From assembly GCA_050575255.1 (NCBI GenBank), contig JBNZDD010013718.1, positions 6,441,058 to 6,505,057 on the forward strand: a DNA stretch of 64,000 nucleotides, given 5' to 3'. Each line of letters starts with the position of its first letter. Within the stretch, counting starts at the first letter, position 1. The notes under the pieces are model-generated. The model made no database searches and was not told where the DNA came from. It saw only the letters and a program-made list of their open reading frames with translations. This document shows positions 37,325-50,400 of this stretch, piece after piece. The translations under genes and the position numbers were made by a program. This DNA is from Harriotta raleighana (lineage: Eukaryota).

Positions 37325-37592
37325 ATCTTTACATTTATATAGCGCTTTCCACATCTATGTCTCAAAGTGCTTCACAGAATACAACAACATCCCAGAGTAG
37401 GGACCAGAGCAAGAGGGGAGGGGTCGGGGTTGGGAGAAGAAAAGAGGGAAGAAAGGGGGGAAAAGAGGTAGGGACCAGAGCAGGGGGGAGGGAGCAGGTA
37501 GGGGGAAGAGAGCAGGAAAACCGACTGTATATTTGTGGGCGAAACGCGACAGCCAAATTGCGCACAGCACTGTCCCACAAACCGTCATGGAA
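37325..37592 (-). mobile_element. SINE 3' half interrupted by a purine-rich insert (~37392-37520)
   Basis: Tail and body are separated by two GTAGGGACCAGAGCA units and G/A runs. Confidence 0.8.
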
Positions 37593-37705
37593 GTGGGGCC
37601 AGGGGAGAAAGGGGGAAAGATGACAAAGGGAGGGGTCAGCATAATGCCTTTCACCTTAGAATCAAAGGGCTATTCAGCCAATTTACTGGGTTCTGAAGCT
37701 CAGAC

Positions 37706-37708
<3 letters not shown>

Positions 37709-37750
<42 letters not shown>
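37709..37750. repeat. (TG)21 microsatellite
   Basis: Seen directly. Confidence 0.98.
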
Positions 37751-37751
<1 letters not shown>

Positions 37752-37946
37752 AGGGGAAGCGATATATTGTGCAGCGTGAAGGGGGAAGAGAGACACTGAA
37801 AAGTGCAGCAATGAAAGAAAAAGAGTTATTCTGAGTAACTGGGGGTGGAGAAACGAAAGGAGGGCTTCAGACACTCCAGTAAGGGAAGTTTCAAAATATA
37901 TATCTGAGATCTCTTGGAGAGAGTCAAGAATGGACTGACACTAAAT

Positions 37947-38393
37947 ATAATAATAATCCTTATATTTGATATAGTGCCTTATCACATCATTGAGATGTCT
38001 CAAAGTGATTCACAGAATGTATTGTGAAAGCGGATTGACTGTATTTTGTGGGTAGCATGCAGCAGCCTGGTTTACATACAGCAATGTCCCACAAACAGTT
38101 ATGGAGTGAGTGACACATTTTTAATTTTATTTGGGGGCATTGTTGGCTAAGACCCAAAGAGAAACTCTTCTCTTGTTGAATAGTGCCTTGGGATTTTTAA
38201 CGTCCACCTAAACAGACAGATTGGACCTCAATTTAACATCTCATCTGAAGACAACACCTCCAATAATGCAACTTCCCCCAGAATTGCATTGTCATGTCAT
38301 CTTAGATTATGGGATTCCAAGTCTCAATGTGAGGTTTGAAACCCACAATCTACTGACTCAGAGGCTAGAATGCTATCACTGTGCCAGGCTGAT
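37947..38393 (-). mobile_element. DeuSINE, full-length
   Basis: Tail, Deu core (GGGATTTTTAACGTCCACCT) and tRNA-like head (TTTGAAACCCACAA..TGACTCAGAGG..CACTGTGCCA). Confidence 0.88.
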
Positions 38394-38689
38394 ACAACCA
38401 AATACTGTATAGTTTATTTAGCCTAGCTCAGTAGTAAATATTATATCATTCGAGGACGAGCAACAGCATAACAGTATGAATTCCATGAGGATAAAGGTCA
38501 TGACAGGACTTTAATATTCCAGCTACAGGTGCGGAAAGAGAGAAATAGTGAAGTAGTTGATCTTTTCCAAGGCTGATATTCTGTGTCTAAAAGGTTAAAA
38601 TGAGACGAGACTACAGTACTCCATACGTAACCTTTGCTGGTCTTTCAGATCTAACAAGAACAACAGCACATGTTGTGCTGTGATATTTG

Positions 38690-39250
38690 TGTAGGTAAGT
38701 ACATCAAAGCCATTCTCGCGGGGGGTTTGATACACTTTAACTAAGCTGGGTATCTAAAAGGCTTCGAATCATACTTCAGGGTATTCATAGAGATCTAAAG
38801 CCTAAGGGGACAGTCACACAGTATCAGGCAATTGATCCGTTTTTTCAAAGTGCTGAGAAACTGGTTACTTTTCAAATGCAAGAGTTGAAAAGGGTGGCCG
38901 GGGGTGAGGGGAGTAAAAGCTGCATGATTTGAACAAACTGGAAAAATGGCGTCACTTGAACATTTTTTTGACGGAAAATCGTCCAACATGTTCAGGAAGG
39001 AGCAGGCTGTCCAATCGAGCCAGATGTTCCAGAGTCTTAATCCTGCTCATTCTCTTCTACTTTGTAATGTGCTGGGCTTGTGTTGCCTTTGGCGATATCA
39101 CAGAACCTGCTGGACAGCAGCCACATTTGAATCAGATGCAGCGTTACACCACACTTCCTAATACACGCTGCCAGCAATCATAAGCAAGGAATTGGCTGGG
39201 CTCTGGGAGCAAACAGAAGACCGCACGGTTATAAAAACTACCCACCAGGG
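38690..39250. promoter_or_regulatory. Candidate conserved non-coding element
   Basis: Repeat-free, retains CpG, with AAAATGGCG (YY1-like), CCAAT/ATTGG and TATAAAA motifs. Confidence 0.25.
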
Positions 39251-40560
39251 TTTGTTGATGGGTGCTGGTTTTTAGTGTGTTAGTTTGCAGTATCTGCCCT
39301 CTGTGTTTCCTGTTACCGTAAAATTGAAGGGACCCACATTAACAGAAAACATTCATAATATAAGTTTGTGTTTAAACAAGCATAACCGCGATTGTGTACT
39401 ACTATAGACTTCCAGTACTGTGAATTTATCTTGTTTACACAAAAGGTGTAAATTCTGTGAAAGGTGTAAATGGAGGCAATACACACACAAAGATGTGCAG
39501 GAACAAGCTTACAAGTGCATAATATAAAGATTAATTTTACTGCTTTTTTTTAATGGCTGTCAGATCATCCCCAGTCTCTAGAGAAGATCTAAAGATCCAA
39601 CGATCTATAAGAGATAGCTGTATATTTGGGCTGTCTAACATCAGAAGAGAATAGCAGCTTCCTTCTGTAGGCTAATGGCCTGAGGTGTTGCTGCCTTCAG
39701 TATGGAATAAATGCAACCAATAAATGGATAATGGATGGACCCAATAAGCCACCCAACTGTCTTATGTTTCATTTGAGTTCAATTTGAAACTAGAGCTCAG
39801 CAGAGAAAGATGCAGAGCAAAGGAAAATCACAAAGGCACAATTTTTTTTAGGTGGGTGTGGTCCATTCTTTTATAAAGAAAGAAGGAGCCAACAAACAGA
39901 TATATGATATTGAAGTTCCTTCACATTTGTTCTGGCTAATTTTGAAAATCAATCTCCCTCAGCAGCGCAAATACCTTTAAGAGTTAAAACCAAGTGTTGT
40001 TCAACTGAGAGCGCCAAAAGTTTTTTTAAATTTTTTTAAATTTAATTTAGTTTTAAGAAACTGAAAAATGCCAAGAGCTAATTATTATTCAATCTAGACC
40101 CGATTGTGGTTCTCTCTCAATCACAATGCTGAAGAGCTGGCAATGAGTGGAGCTCTCCATGTTCCACATAACAACATTCAGGCGGTCAGGCACATGGGTT
40201 TATATTCAAGCTACTTCTCGTCAAAGCAGTGGTACTAATTTAAAAAAGGTTATATTAATATTGCGGTTTACATAAAGAGATCAGTGCATGATGGTACATG
40301 TGTGTGTGTGGAGGGGGGTGGATACCAATGCAATGTAATGATGTGCTGGAACCAAAGAGGAAGGACTGTAGTAGCAAATTAGAAGCAGATGTGAAAATTA
40401 ATACAAAGATTTTAAATAGGTAACAAATGGCAGTGATCGAAGAGAGTAAGAGACTCAAAAAGAGAGCAAGGTAAAAATGAGCTAAATGACCTCCTCCTAC
40501 TTTTATGACTCAAACCAAATCATTTTGCTCATTAATCAAATATTCAACAATACATACAAT

Positions 40561-40988
40561 AGCCAGATCTGGCTCAGTGGGTAGCATTCTCGCCTCCGAG
40601 TCAGAAGATTGAGGGTTCAAATCCAATGCTGGGACATTGAACTCACATATCTCAAGCTGACACTCCAATGCAGTCCAATGTTGTGTGCTGGCTACATTTT
40701 CAGTGTGCCATCCTTCAGAAGAGATGTTAAACGGAGTTCTCATCCGCCTAGGCAAATGCTAAGGGTTCCATGGCACTAAACAAAAAGAAAAGGGAATTTC
40801 CTCTTGTGTCTTGGCCAAAGTCCCTCAGATAAATTTGGCCAATGGTCAACCTGTGGCTGTTTGTAACACAAAGCTGCATGCAAAATTGTCTGCTGCATTC
40901 ACCTCCAAAATCAGTAAATCCTGTGAAGTGCTTTGTTACATCGTCCTGACATGAAAGGCACCCCATGTCAAATATAAGAGTTATTATA
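40561..40988 (+). mobile_element. DeuSINE (SacSINE1-like), full-length
   Basis: GGCTCAGTGGGTAGCATTCTCGCCTCCGAGTCAGAAG..GGGTTCAAATCC head (A and B boxes), GCTGACACTCCA, CCATGGCACTA and an L2-type tail. Confidence 0.88.
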
Positions 40989-41104
40989 ATGGTTTCCATG
41001 GTCAATCCCCGACAGGAAATGTCAAATCTAAGAGTTATTATGATGGTATCTATGGCCAAATAACTGTACAATACTAAGATGGTACAAAAGTACATATTAG
41101 ATAA

Positions 41105-41210
41105 AGGGAATAGGAGGAGTGGGGCTCAGGTGGAGTATCAACAGCGATTCATTCTTGTTGGGCCGAATGGCCTGTTTCCATGCCGCAGCACTTGATGTAA
41201 CTCTATGTAA
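41105..41210 (+). mobile_element. CR1 3' UTR
   Basis: TTGGGCCGAATGGCCTGTTTCC..GTAACTCTATGTAA. Confidence 0.75.
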
Positions 41211-42479
41211 ATAGTAAAGTAGAGCAAGTCATAAAGCGCACAATACTTTGGCCACAACAGGAAATTATATGCTCTGCAGCACCATCCTTGCCAGTGGTGG
41301 AATGCGACCGCAGTTGCTAATAAAAAATTTTTCTGTGCCAGGCTACGCTCTTAATAACGTGATCACCTCATTATGTCTGGACTGACCAATTACTGCACAA
41401 TGTTAAGAACAGTGTATTGTGACAAAAAAAAATCAAAAAAAGCTATAATTACTCTAATCTGTTTAAAAACTTCCACATTTTCTTTCAAACAACTTATACA
41501 CAGTTATATATTCCGGCTTGCACTCTCACGGGCATCTCTCAGTCTTGGCTCCAGCTCCCATTAAGGAGGGAGGCTAAAAAAGCAAAATCCTGTCTAGTGC
41601 TCCAACACCTTTTTTTTGGCAGGGCTAGAACTGGATATCCATTAGGATTGCAATAAAAGAGAGCTTAGCTTCCCTCGTCTCCTATGGCAGCTCTTTACCC
41701 ACATTAAACCAGACGGTGCACTGGCGACAAGTGCGACACATTTTGGTTTGGACTTGTCTAACTACCAGTTAACAAACCATTAACAGACTTAATAGATACC
41801 CATATCCAAAAAAGCTTTCTTCAAATTAAATTGCATTCCATATCCAGTACCCTTTTCCAACACAAACAATACATTAAGCACAATGTTTAATATAATAGAA
41901 ATAATGCAGTTTCCCTTAAACTGTGGTGACAGTAAGAGCGAGAAAGAAAATAAGACTAATTTGAGGAGAAAATTAATTAGCCAAAAGCCACGGATAGTAC
42001 TTTGACAATTGCTGAGAAAGTTGATTTCTTTTCCCTCTACTTTTCGGAGATGAATCGTCCAAACATTCAAAGTTTCAAATTAATCTGAAGTGGTGTCATA
42101 GACAACAAGTCAAGAGCAGACGAAGGTTTGCGCCATGACATCCGTGTAAAGTGCACAACCATTGACTGCCGACTGCTCTTGATAAAACATCAGGAGATCT
42201 ATTACAGCCTCCATCTAAAGATTATGCCATGTGGAGTTTGCCATAGTTTGGAGAGTCGTATTTGTGCGACCATGGCTCTTAGATTCTCACCGGAGCTGTT
42301 AACCATTTTCTCCTTCACCAGATCATACTAACAGTCAATTAAGATCATAAAAGTGTAATTTGTTTTCATTCTTACTATGACCAGCAACAAGGAAGGAAAA
42401 GAAAGTGCATTTTGCAAAATGGGGGCAGGCCAAATGGAAGTTGTTTCGTGACCAGCACAATTGTTATTACCTTACAGTA

Positions 42480-43030
42480 TATTACTGAGAGACCAGAGAG
42501 TAGCTTTCTATTCAAAAATATGGAATGCTTCATACAGTGTAATAGCCAGCCATTATAGAAAGGATGTGTGTGTCATTTAATGGATGTGGAGTAAATTCCA
42601 AATTGGGGCTAAAAAATATTTAGGGCTGTATTTGATCATCTCTTGACAAAAGTCAAGAGGAGATCAAGTGAAAATATATTCAAGTTGAAAAGATTTCCAA
42701 GGGCAAATAGCAAAAGATTACCATCACTGACAGATAAACTAGCAAAAGGGGGAAAACTCAAAATTATTACTAGAACTATATATAGGGAAAGTTTAGATGA
42801 AATATTTTCCACAAAAGATCAGTTAGGTTGTGGAATGCATTTCGGTAACTGTCTACTGAATCAAGTCAATCGCATAATTTAAAAGTAAATTAGAGAACAT
42901 TCGAAGAATAAAATCAAAAAAGATTTGGAGGTGATTGAGCAAGGAATTGGTTCAAAGCAGATAGTTCAGTGGGAGAGGTTAGAACAGAACTGGTATTATG
43001 AGCTGAATAGCTTCCTTCTATATTAAAATC
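42480..43030 (+). mobile_element. Old CR1 3' relic
   Basis: RANSKRLPSL..KGGKLKI..GGTTGTGGAATGCA and the terminal GAGCTGAATAGCTTCCTTCT. Confidence 0.6.
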
Positions 43031-44949
43031 TGTAAGCTTACAGCAGCAACCAAACTGAGAACAATGTAAAAGGCAAACCTTGGCTTTCACCACAGGCTTC
43101 CCCTTCAGGAGACTTTCAACTGAATGTGCCGACTGCAAGACTCGTATTGCCAATTTGCCTGTCATTTGGGAGTTAAATCAGCGTGTTTACATCAGTACCT
43201 ATGGGCTGCCAAGAGTTATAGTGGCATTAGCTGTATCTGACTAAGCTGATGCACTCTATGCCTTATTCCCAATTTCCAAACAGGACTCGCAGAAGCCCCC
43301 TCCCCGCCCCCTCAATAAAATTTTGATTTTGCTTTGCACGCAGACAATGATTTACATAATCATTTGAATCTCTTTCGAGTTGGAAAGCTATATTTTTTTC
43401 TTACGTGCATTTTTTAAAAGTGCTTTTTCTCCTTTAAAAGCCAACTAGAATAAGATTGCTCCATTAAACATTCAAAAGATGAAGAATGAATTATTTCGCA
43501 TTTTGCTTTTAACCCCTTGAGTATCCGGCAGGATTTTGAATCCATCTCCATCAAACAGAAACATAACACACAATAATCTGTGGGCCCATCATACGTTAAG
43601 TAACAGCAGCAGAAGGAAACTACCTACCATCCCCCCCTCCCCCCCCACACACACAGACACATCGCCTCCTCCTCCTCAATAATTCTCAGGTTGTGCCATT
43701 TTTTTCAAAACACATTTGACAATTTTAGGTGGCTTGTCTCTGCTTCTTTAAAGGGAGTGTACTGACACAAACTCTGTACTGGTCTGAACCCTTTACACAA
43801 GGGATAAAAATGAGAAGGAATGGGAAAGGAGTTATTCTTGTTCAAATTATGCCAGCTTGGAGTACTTCTATCAAACATCTAACACTCTGCAGTACCTAAT
43901 ACCAACCAGGCTCTAAAATATGGAGAGGAAGAGAGACTTAGGCTGGGCTACATCAGATGTGTGACACAGTTATTGTATGTCTCAAAGAGATCCAACTGAA
44001 AAGGCAGAAAGTCATACACGAAATAGGGCATTTTACCCGTGTAACGAGCAGTGTTTCAATAATAATAATGATAAGATTATACGATTTAAGACAGGATTGC
44101 GATCAATCCTCTGAGCTTTCAAACTCAACAACAGCAAAGCTCGATTTGTTGTACGACAGAAAATGTATTTAGAAAACGTTCATGAAAAGGACCCATGAGG
44201 TTCCCATTAATTGTCTTGTAATGAGCTATTCCCTAACCCTGAAACAAAATAACTTAGCAGTAGAACAGGATCCATTGTAACGCACTGAGTTGCACTGAAA
44301 TTAAAAACCAGTACACTAAAAGTGTCTTTCATTGGAATGCAATTAGACAGAGATCAGGTTTCACAAGACAAAAGTGAATCAAAGCTATTTGTCCAGAAGC
44401 CAGTGGACCATATAAAGCTACGTATCCAAATTAGTAACCAAAATGACATTCAGAGTGACTACACTGGGAGCCAATACTGAAGGAACAGCAGTTGAGGTTG
44501 CACAATGGTCAAACACAGAGACTAAATCTTGCCAAATTTACCAGAAATATAATTCTAGCCCCTCAGCACGATGGCTTCCTCGCTGAAGCTTTTAATCAAA
44601 AGGGTTAGCTGGGGCAACACACTTTCCTTTCTCCCCTGGGACCTGAGCTGCTGTTCACCCCTAGGGTAATTTATGAAATTTGTACTCCTGTCATAGTCCT
44701 AGACGAGTTTTGGAGGTTTAATCCAAACTGTGACCAGGTATGCATCCACAGTTTAGCATTAAATTGACAACCCAGAGCCAATAGGATGACCGGAGGTGAA
44801 TAATTTTTTACATTTGTACTAAGTTATATCAGAAAAATGCAATGCTTTAGAAGATATTCAGTGCAATAATATTGACTCTGCATTGCCTTTTTCAACATAT
44901 TGTCTGCTTTACAGTAGAAGCTTTATTTTGCACCTGCAGTTGAAGTTTC

Positions 44950-45312
44950 AGCGTAACTCAATTGGTATCATTTTGTCCTCTGAATCAGAAGGTTGTAGGT
45001 TTAAGCCCTGTATTGCGACTAGTCTTGACATTCGTAGACAGTGCTGAAGGAGAGCTGTAGTGTTACAAATGCCATCCTGTGGATGAAATCTTACACCAAA
45101 AACTGCATGTTCAAGTGAACATCAAAGATCCCACAGCACTATTTAAACACAAGGGAGATTCTCCTCAAGTTCCAGATAGGAATACTCCAGATAAATACCT
45201 GGTTAATGATTTAATTTATGACACTGCAGTGCACAAATTGGCTGCCACCATTTGCCTATATATGCATCATCACTACAGTTGACAGAAAACTCAACAAAGC
45301 GTTTTAAGACAT
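44950..45312 (+). mobile_element. DeuSINE, near full-length
   Basis: CCTCTGAATCAGAAGGTTGTAGGTTTAAG head, AAAGATCCCA..GCACTA, and GCACAAATTGGCTGCC. Confidence 0.8.
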
Positions 45313-45334
45313 TTTAGTAAATATACTATACATA

Positions 45335-45338
<4 letters not shown>

Positions 45339-45366
<28 letters not shown>
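45339..45366. repeat. (TA)14 microsatellite
   Basis: Seen directly. Confidence 0.95.
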
Positions 45367-45370
<4 letters not shown>

Positions 45371-45699
45371 CCTTGTGTACACTTATAAGGTAGGGTGCTG
45401 TATCAAACACAATGATAAGATATATGTATTTACTACTATCTATTATCATCTATATGGAATGTATTACTTTGAGGGGCCAGGTGACTAAAGTGGAAACATG
45501 TTCCATTCTCCATCACTGACTATAATTCACATGGAACATGAAAAAAAAAACATCACTCAAAAGCTATAGTTGCAACCATACATCACTGTGAGAGCAGCAG
45601 CACGGGCTCCCCACTTGCAATGGCTCATTCACATCCTGCTGCTTCTGGTGCAAAAGTCAAAACAACCAAGAGTTTCAAGGCATCATTCCCTAGAACCAT

Positions 45700-46390
45700 C
45701 AATGAAAGAACTGCCTTTGAAAGCTATTCAGTTCCATTCTTGAACAGATCTTGTCAAGAACAGGTCTATTCAAGAATCCAGAGCCCCCATTCAAAGTTCC
45801 ACTACAATTTAGCACCTTAATAAGCCGGAATGATAGCACTTGACCTCTGTAAGAAACAACCTGTTCAATGACGCAGATACGCTGATTGAAAATGTAAATT
45901 AGCACTTGGACAAGGGAATAAAAAACAAGGGAATACAATAAGGTGTATCCCTTCCCTCCTGTAGCTAAGTGACAGAAAGTAAGCTAGAATGAGGGACAAA
46001 CATGTGCTGCTGAAGTAAGTGATCAACAACACTGGAAGAATCAATCAGCTGAAATAATCACTGTCCCAAATAGTGCGAAAATAAGGCCCGATTCAAGGAA
46101 AGCAAATACTGAAATAAATCAGGAAAAGTGTACCCAAGAGTCTGGTCCAAGCAATAACAGAAAAAGTCTTCATCACCAAACCTTACATCTACATTAATGT
46201 TGAAAGACAATATCTGCACAACTCAAGTTGAGAAGGGCAAACCCTGTGTGAGAGGGAAATAAATGGAGAAATGCACAAGAGGAAAAATAATGAAAATGGG
46301 CTGAGGGGAAAACACAGAAGGAACAGGGACGGGTGAAAGGAAACAGCTGTAACTGTTCAGCTGTGTCAGCATTCAAACGTTTCACAGATT
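45700..46390 (-). mobile_element. PLE relic (linker to GIY-YIG)
   Basis: RPCS..AHFHYF..HLFPS..ALLNLSCAD (~HPTS..RHFRHL..HIFPS..AFRRDRSLRD), DSSSVV-x26-HL (~TSSNLV-x26-HL), IFN. Confidence 0.6.
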
Positions 46391-47949
46391 GACTAGCAAA
46401 GTGTCATCTGAAACCAATTACAATGTAAAAACCCCACAGACTCAGTTCATAACATTGATTAATCCATCAACTCAAAATGTCCCCAAGCAACCTGGAACAC
46501 CTGTTTTGTTCCGTGCACAGGCAACCCCTGGCTGCTCCCAGCTCCAATAGTCAGTCACAAGCTAAGAACTCTTGAAAAGTCTAGTAATGAAATCCAACTT
46601 CCATGGGAAGAGACAAATAATTCAAAATGACCTTTACCTGATGCGCGAAGGTTGAATTTCACCCCACACCCCCTTGAATCTCGGATTTGTCTTTTGGTAC
46701 ATTTTGGATGAAGACACCTGCATTTCAGATTCCAGTAAATGCTGTATTTAGTTTTTATTTGAGAAAAGTTTTATTGAAAAACAGTGATCCTAAATATATA
46801 GAGGTTAATCTGTGAAGAAAAGTCAAATTGATTTGCAGATGGGAAAGAGTGAGTTAAGGGGCACCTCACTGAAGTGGAAGCATATAAAATATTTAAAGAT
46901 ATGGAGGAGTGAAATTCCGCTGAGTGCTAGAGTTACCACTTATAACTGAGCTGCAGCAAGTTAGTAACTTAACCAATCAGCAGAAATTCACCCCATAAAT
47001 GAGATATGCTAAGGCTATTACTTCAAAAGGGGAACCAGGATTCAGGATCAGAGAACTGAGCTTGTGCATATGAGTAAAAAGTACATTTAGAAAAGATAAA
47101 AGTGAAAAATATCTTTGCAGAAGGAATGATAAACGGTTGGAATATTTAGCAAACAAGGTTATAGAGGGAAAAAGCTGAGAGTAATACAAAATATAGTTAG
47201 GTGGTATGATGAGAAGGTACCAGAGGAATCAGTTTCAGTGGGTGAGTCAAATGGCCTTTTCTGATCCAACAACAATTTACATTTATAAAGTACCTTTTCT
47301 GTTGGGAGAATGTCTCAAAGCACTTCACACAACACACTGTACCCTCAGTGAAAGGATAGGTCTCAAAGTAGGTTTAGGTAAATGATGACAGGTTTGTTGG
47401 TAAGCACGGTGATGAGGCACATAATGGAAATGAAAATGTGTTCAAAGATGGGTTTATCCTCAACTTGTAAGTTCATGACAATAAAATAGTGCTCAACATG
47501 CAGTGTGCAGTTACTACTTGTCAAAAATATCATGTAGTTCCGAGGCTCTGGTGCTCCTTAAACTATTATCTGATTTCCTACAACACTTGATCTGTTTGTG
47601 TACCACGGAAATCAAATAACTAAAGGGATGCCATCTTCATAAAAAAAAGTCGGTAAATCTCTTTTCATTTGTTTGCAAACATGAAGAGTAATTTCGCAAA
47701 TGATGTTGGCCAGTACAATGTCACTTGTGCTTCATGTAATCATTGATGCATGCTCTTCCTCCTCAGGATGACTGTGTCCTTTGAATAGAAAGCTTAAGCT
47801 TGCCTCTAAATAGAAAGGATACTTTTAAATAGAAAGAATACCATGACACACTCAGTGGCCAAGCTCTCCAGTTTATTGTTCGCTGGAATAAGGGAGAGCC
47901 TAGGTTATGGGCCTCATTAGGGATGCAGAGGTCAATCTCAAAACCTCAC

Positions 47950-48850
47950 ATTATATTGAATTGCATGGAATCTCTAGCGCCTAAACAGGTCATAAGTAAT
48001 CAGCTATGCTGGTCAGTTTGAAAGGAAAACAATTCTACACCAGTTCTGCCACAATTATGTCAAATACAAGTGACATGATGTGCTACGACTCATTTAGATC
48101 AATGTCTCGTGGAACTGCAAATGCAATAAAAAGGCCCCATAAACGCACATCTCATCACCCATTGGTGGGTGTCCACCCACTGCCATCTAGGATGTTTTTT
48201 CTATAGCCTGGCACAAAGAATGATGTCTCCATTCAGACACTATGGCCATTCACCAAATATCAACTGCAATCAACAACCAATGGAGTCTTGATATATAGGC
48301 AGTGGATAAACTCATTGTATGTTGTGATATAACCCTCATGAACAACGCCATAGGATTTACACAGTGGTCTGTCAAAAAAGGACGGAGAAATTCCTATTAA
48401 GCTGTCCAAAAAATAATCAGGGCCACATTGTATTACCTGTAATGTAGAGCATCAGCCACCAAAGTATCAGGAGTGTTTACAAACAAACAATTTGAGTTCA
48501 CATGTTCAGGAAGCAAACATTATTATGCCCAGTGAGGTTGGAGATCCAATAAGGATTTGCACATTCAAAGGCTCAATGGTTCTTCTGAAGCAGAGCATAG
48601 CCAGCCATTGCGTTAGGCCTCCTGTGGATAGATGGCACCAGTACAACATAGCTTTACCCAAGCCAGATTTCATTATTCTGGCAAAAATATTAATTTACTA
48701 TTCACACCATTTCGGCAAAGAGGGGGAAAAAGGTGTTTGTACGACATCAAAGACTATTGAGCTCAGTCTTGATATGCTACTGGGTGTTTCTTTAAAAGAG
48801 AAAGGGAACCGCATGCTACATCGGAGGTCATGATCTTACAATGAGGGGTT
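47950..48850 (-). mobile_element. Very old CR1-type RT relic
   Basis: GGLTQW..RR..GSPTSLGIIMF..EL (~GxxLxW..RK..GVPQGSVLGPLLF..DL), with a CR1-like terminus near 47960-47995. Confidence 0.45.
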
Positions 48851-49857
48851 AAGACACTTTAAATCCTCCCTCTACAGTAACATTTTCCATATGACTACAC
48901 AGGGAGCTGGTGGTGGGTGGTTGCGGGGAGGGTGTGTATTTCAGAAACAAGGAATCCCCTGTAGTTTATTATATACTCAGTGTGTACAGAACCTCAGTTA
49001 TCTTAATGTTTCCTCCAATTCGCTTGAATTCGCAACTAGTTCTGTTGTTGGAAGGCTGGGGCAGCAGCCTTCTGCATTCTCGTGTGTTTGACAGAAATGG
49101 TGTCTAATCCTTATAATTACACTTTAAGACTCCCATAGATGAACGCTAGGCTGCTGCAGGAAATGAATGGTTCAGGGTTTCGTGCTTTTGTTCGTTTAGC
49201 CATTAAACAGATCAGACTAGCACAGGAAACTGAATGTTTCTATCGCACTGATCTGCCCTCTTATACAATGTAATTCCAGCCTACACAAGTGGTCTCCTGT
49301 AGAGTTAGAAAAACTCAGAAATCTATCAGCAATAACAAAATCAGCATGAGTTTTCCATTGAGTTTATATGTAATATATACACATTATACATAGTGCTTTC
49401 TGATACTCACATGAATTAAAGTGTTATTTAGTTGCCCATCAATATTTGTAGAACTTCCGAGTCCATTGCTTTTCCCTGAATAGATTTTTTTTTAAAAAGA
49501 AACATGCTCAAGTCATTAATCATGATTTAATTTAAGTGCTGGCTCCCTCTCCAGTGGGTGAGCAAAGCCCACACTTCCTCCAGACCTTTCAGAATACACG
49601 ACAGGTATTTTCAGTACAAACCGGAATCACCCGTGGCTTGCACCCAAAACTATCAGAATCATTGCAAAACTTGGGAAGGAAAGGTCAGTTTATATCGGAA
49701 ATGGCCAACAAAAGAGAAACTGCGATTTTATGCAGCATTTATGTTTGTGGTGAGAAACGTTTTGGACTCTACACTCATTATTAAATTGTTAGACGTTGTT
49801 ATCTGTTTTTTTTCTTGAACTGAAACTGACTTTATAAGTCCTGGCTGACCAAGTACA

Positions 49858-49998
49858 ATTTGGTCATTCACTTTGTGGCTGCTTGTGGAACAATACAAAC
49901 CTACAAGAACACAGTCATGACATTTCAATTTAAAATCCTGTGAAGCGCTTTGAGAAATCTCAATGATATGATGCTATATCAAATAGAAGGATTATTCT
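49858..49998 (+). mobile_element. SINE 3' half
   Basis: CTGTGAAGCGCTTTGAGA..GCTATATCAAATAGAAGGATTATT. Confidence 0.8.
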
Positions 49999-50129
49999 TA
50001 ACAGAGTAGAGAGGAGATTTTGCCTGAAAATTCTACCGCTGGCAATATCATCTCTTGTGAGATTGATCGGGAAGCACATTAATTGATGCAGTACTGACAC
50101 CACGTTTCCTTCTTACAGTCTCTTTCTTC

Positions 50130-50400
50130 TCTTTTGCCTTTGGTTAACCACTCTCAGTTACTGGTCTACCTTTCCGCTTCCTGCCAATGAGCCAGACTGG
50201 CTGTCATCTACCCTGGAGAAATGTGGTCCCTCCTGGCTCAGGAACTGGACTACTGAGACTGCCACAGAGGGTTTGACTCGATTCCGACATTCCATTGCCA
50301 AGCAGGTCACCTTGGAACCAGCTCAGCTTTCGCCGACGAAGGCTGAAAACTCACTTTCTCAGAAAAATGAGCCCAGAGTTTGTTGAGACTGGGTTTAAAG
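50130..50400 (+). mobile_element. Possible PLE N-terminal relic
   Basis: DWLSSTL..SW..RFRHSIAKQ..QLSPTK (~DPFSRL..SxW..NCRRDIxRL..NLSPSE). Confidence 0.4.

Noticed and set aside
42286-42330. Possible 37-nt minus-strand micro-exon (TAG|TATGATCTG...CTCCG|GTGAG)
   Set aside because: Weak pyrimidine tract, no partner exons and no recognisable peptide.
50158-50305. Coding exon after a polypyrimidine tract and AG (YWSTFPLPANEPDW...)
   Set aside because: Weak donor (GTCACC), no recognisable host protein, and better explained as a PLE N-terminal relic.
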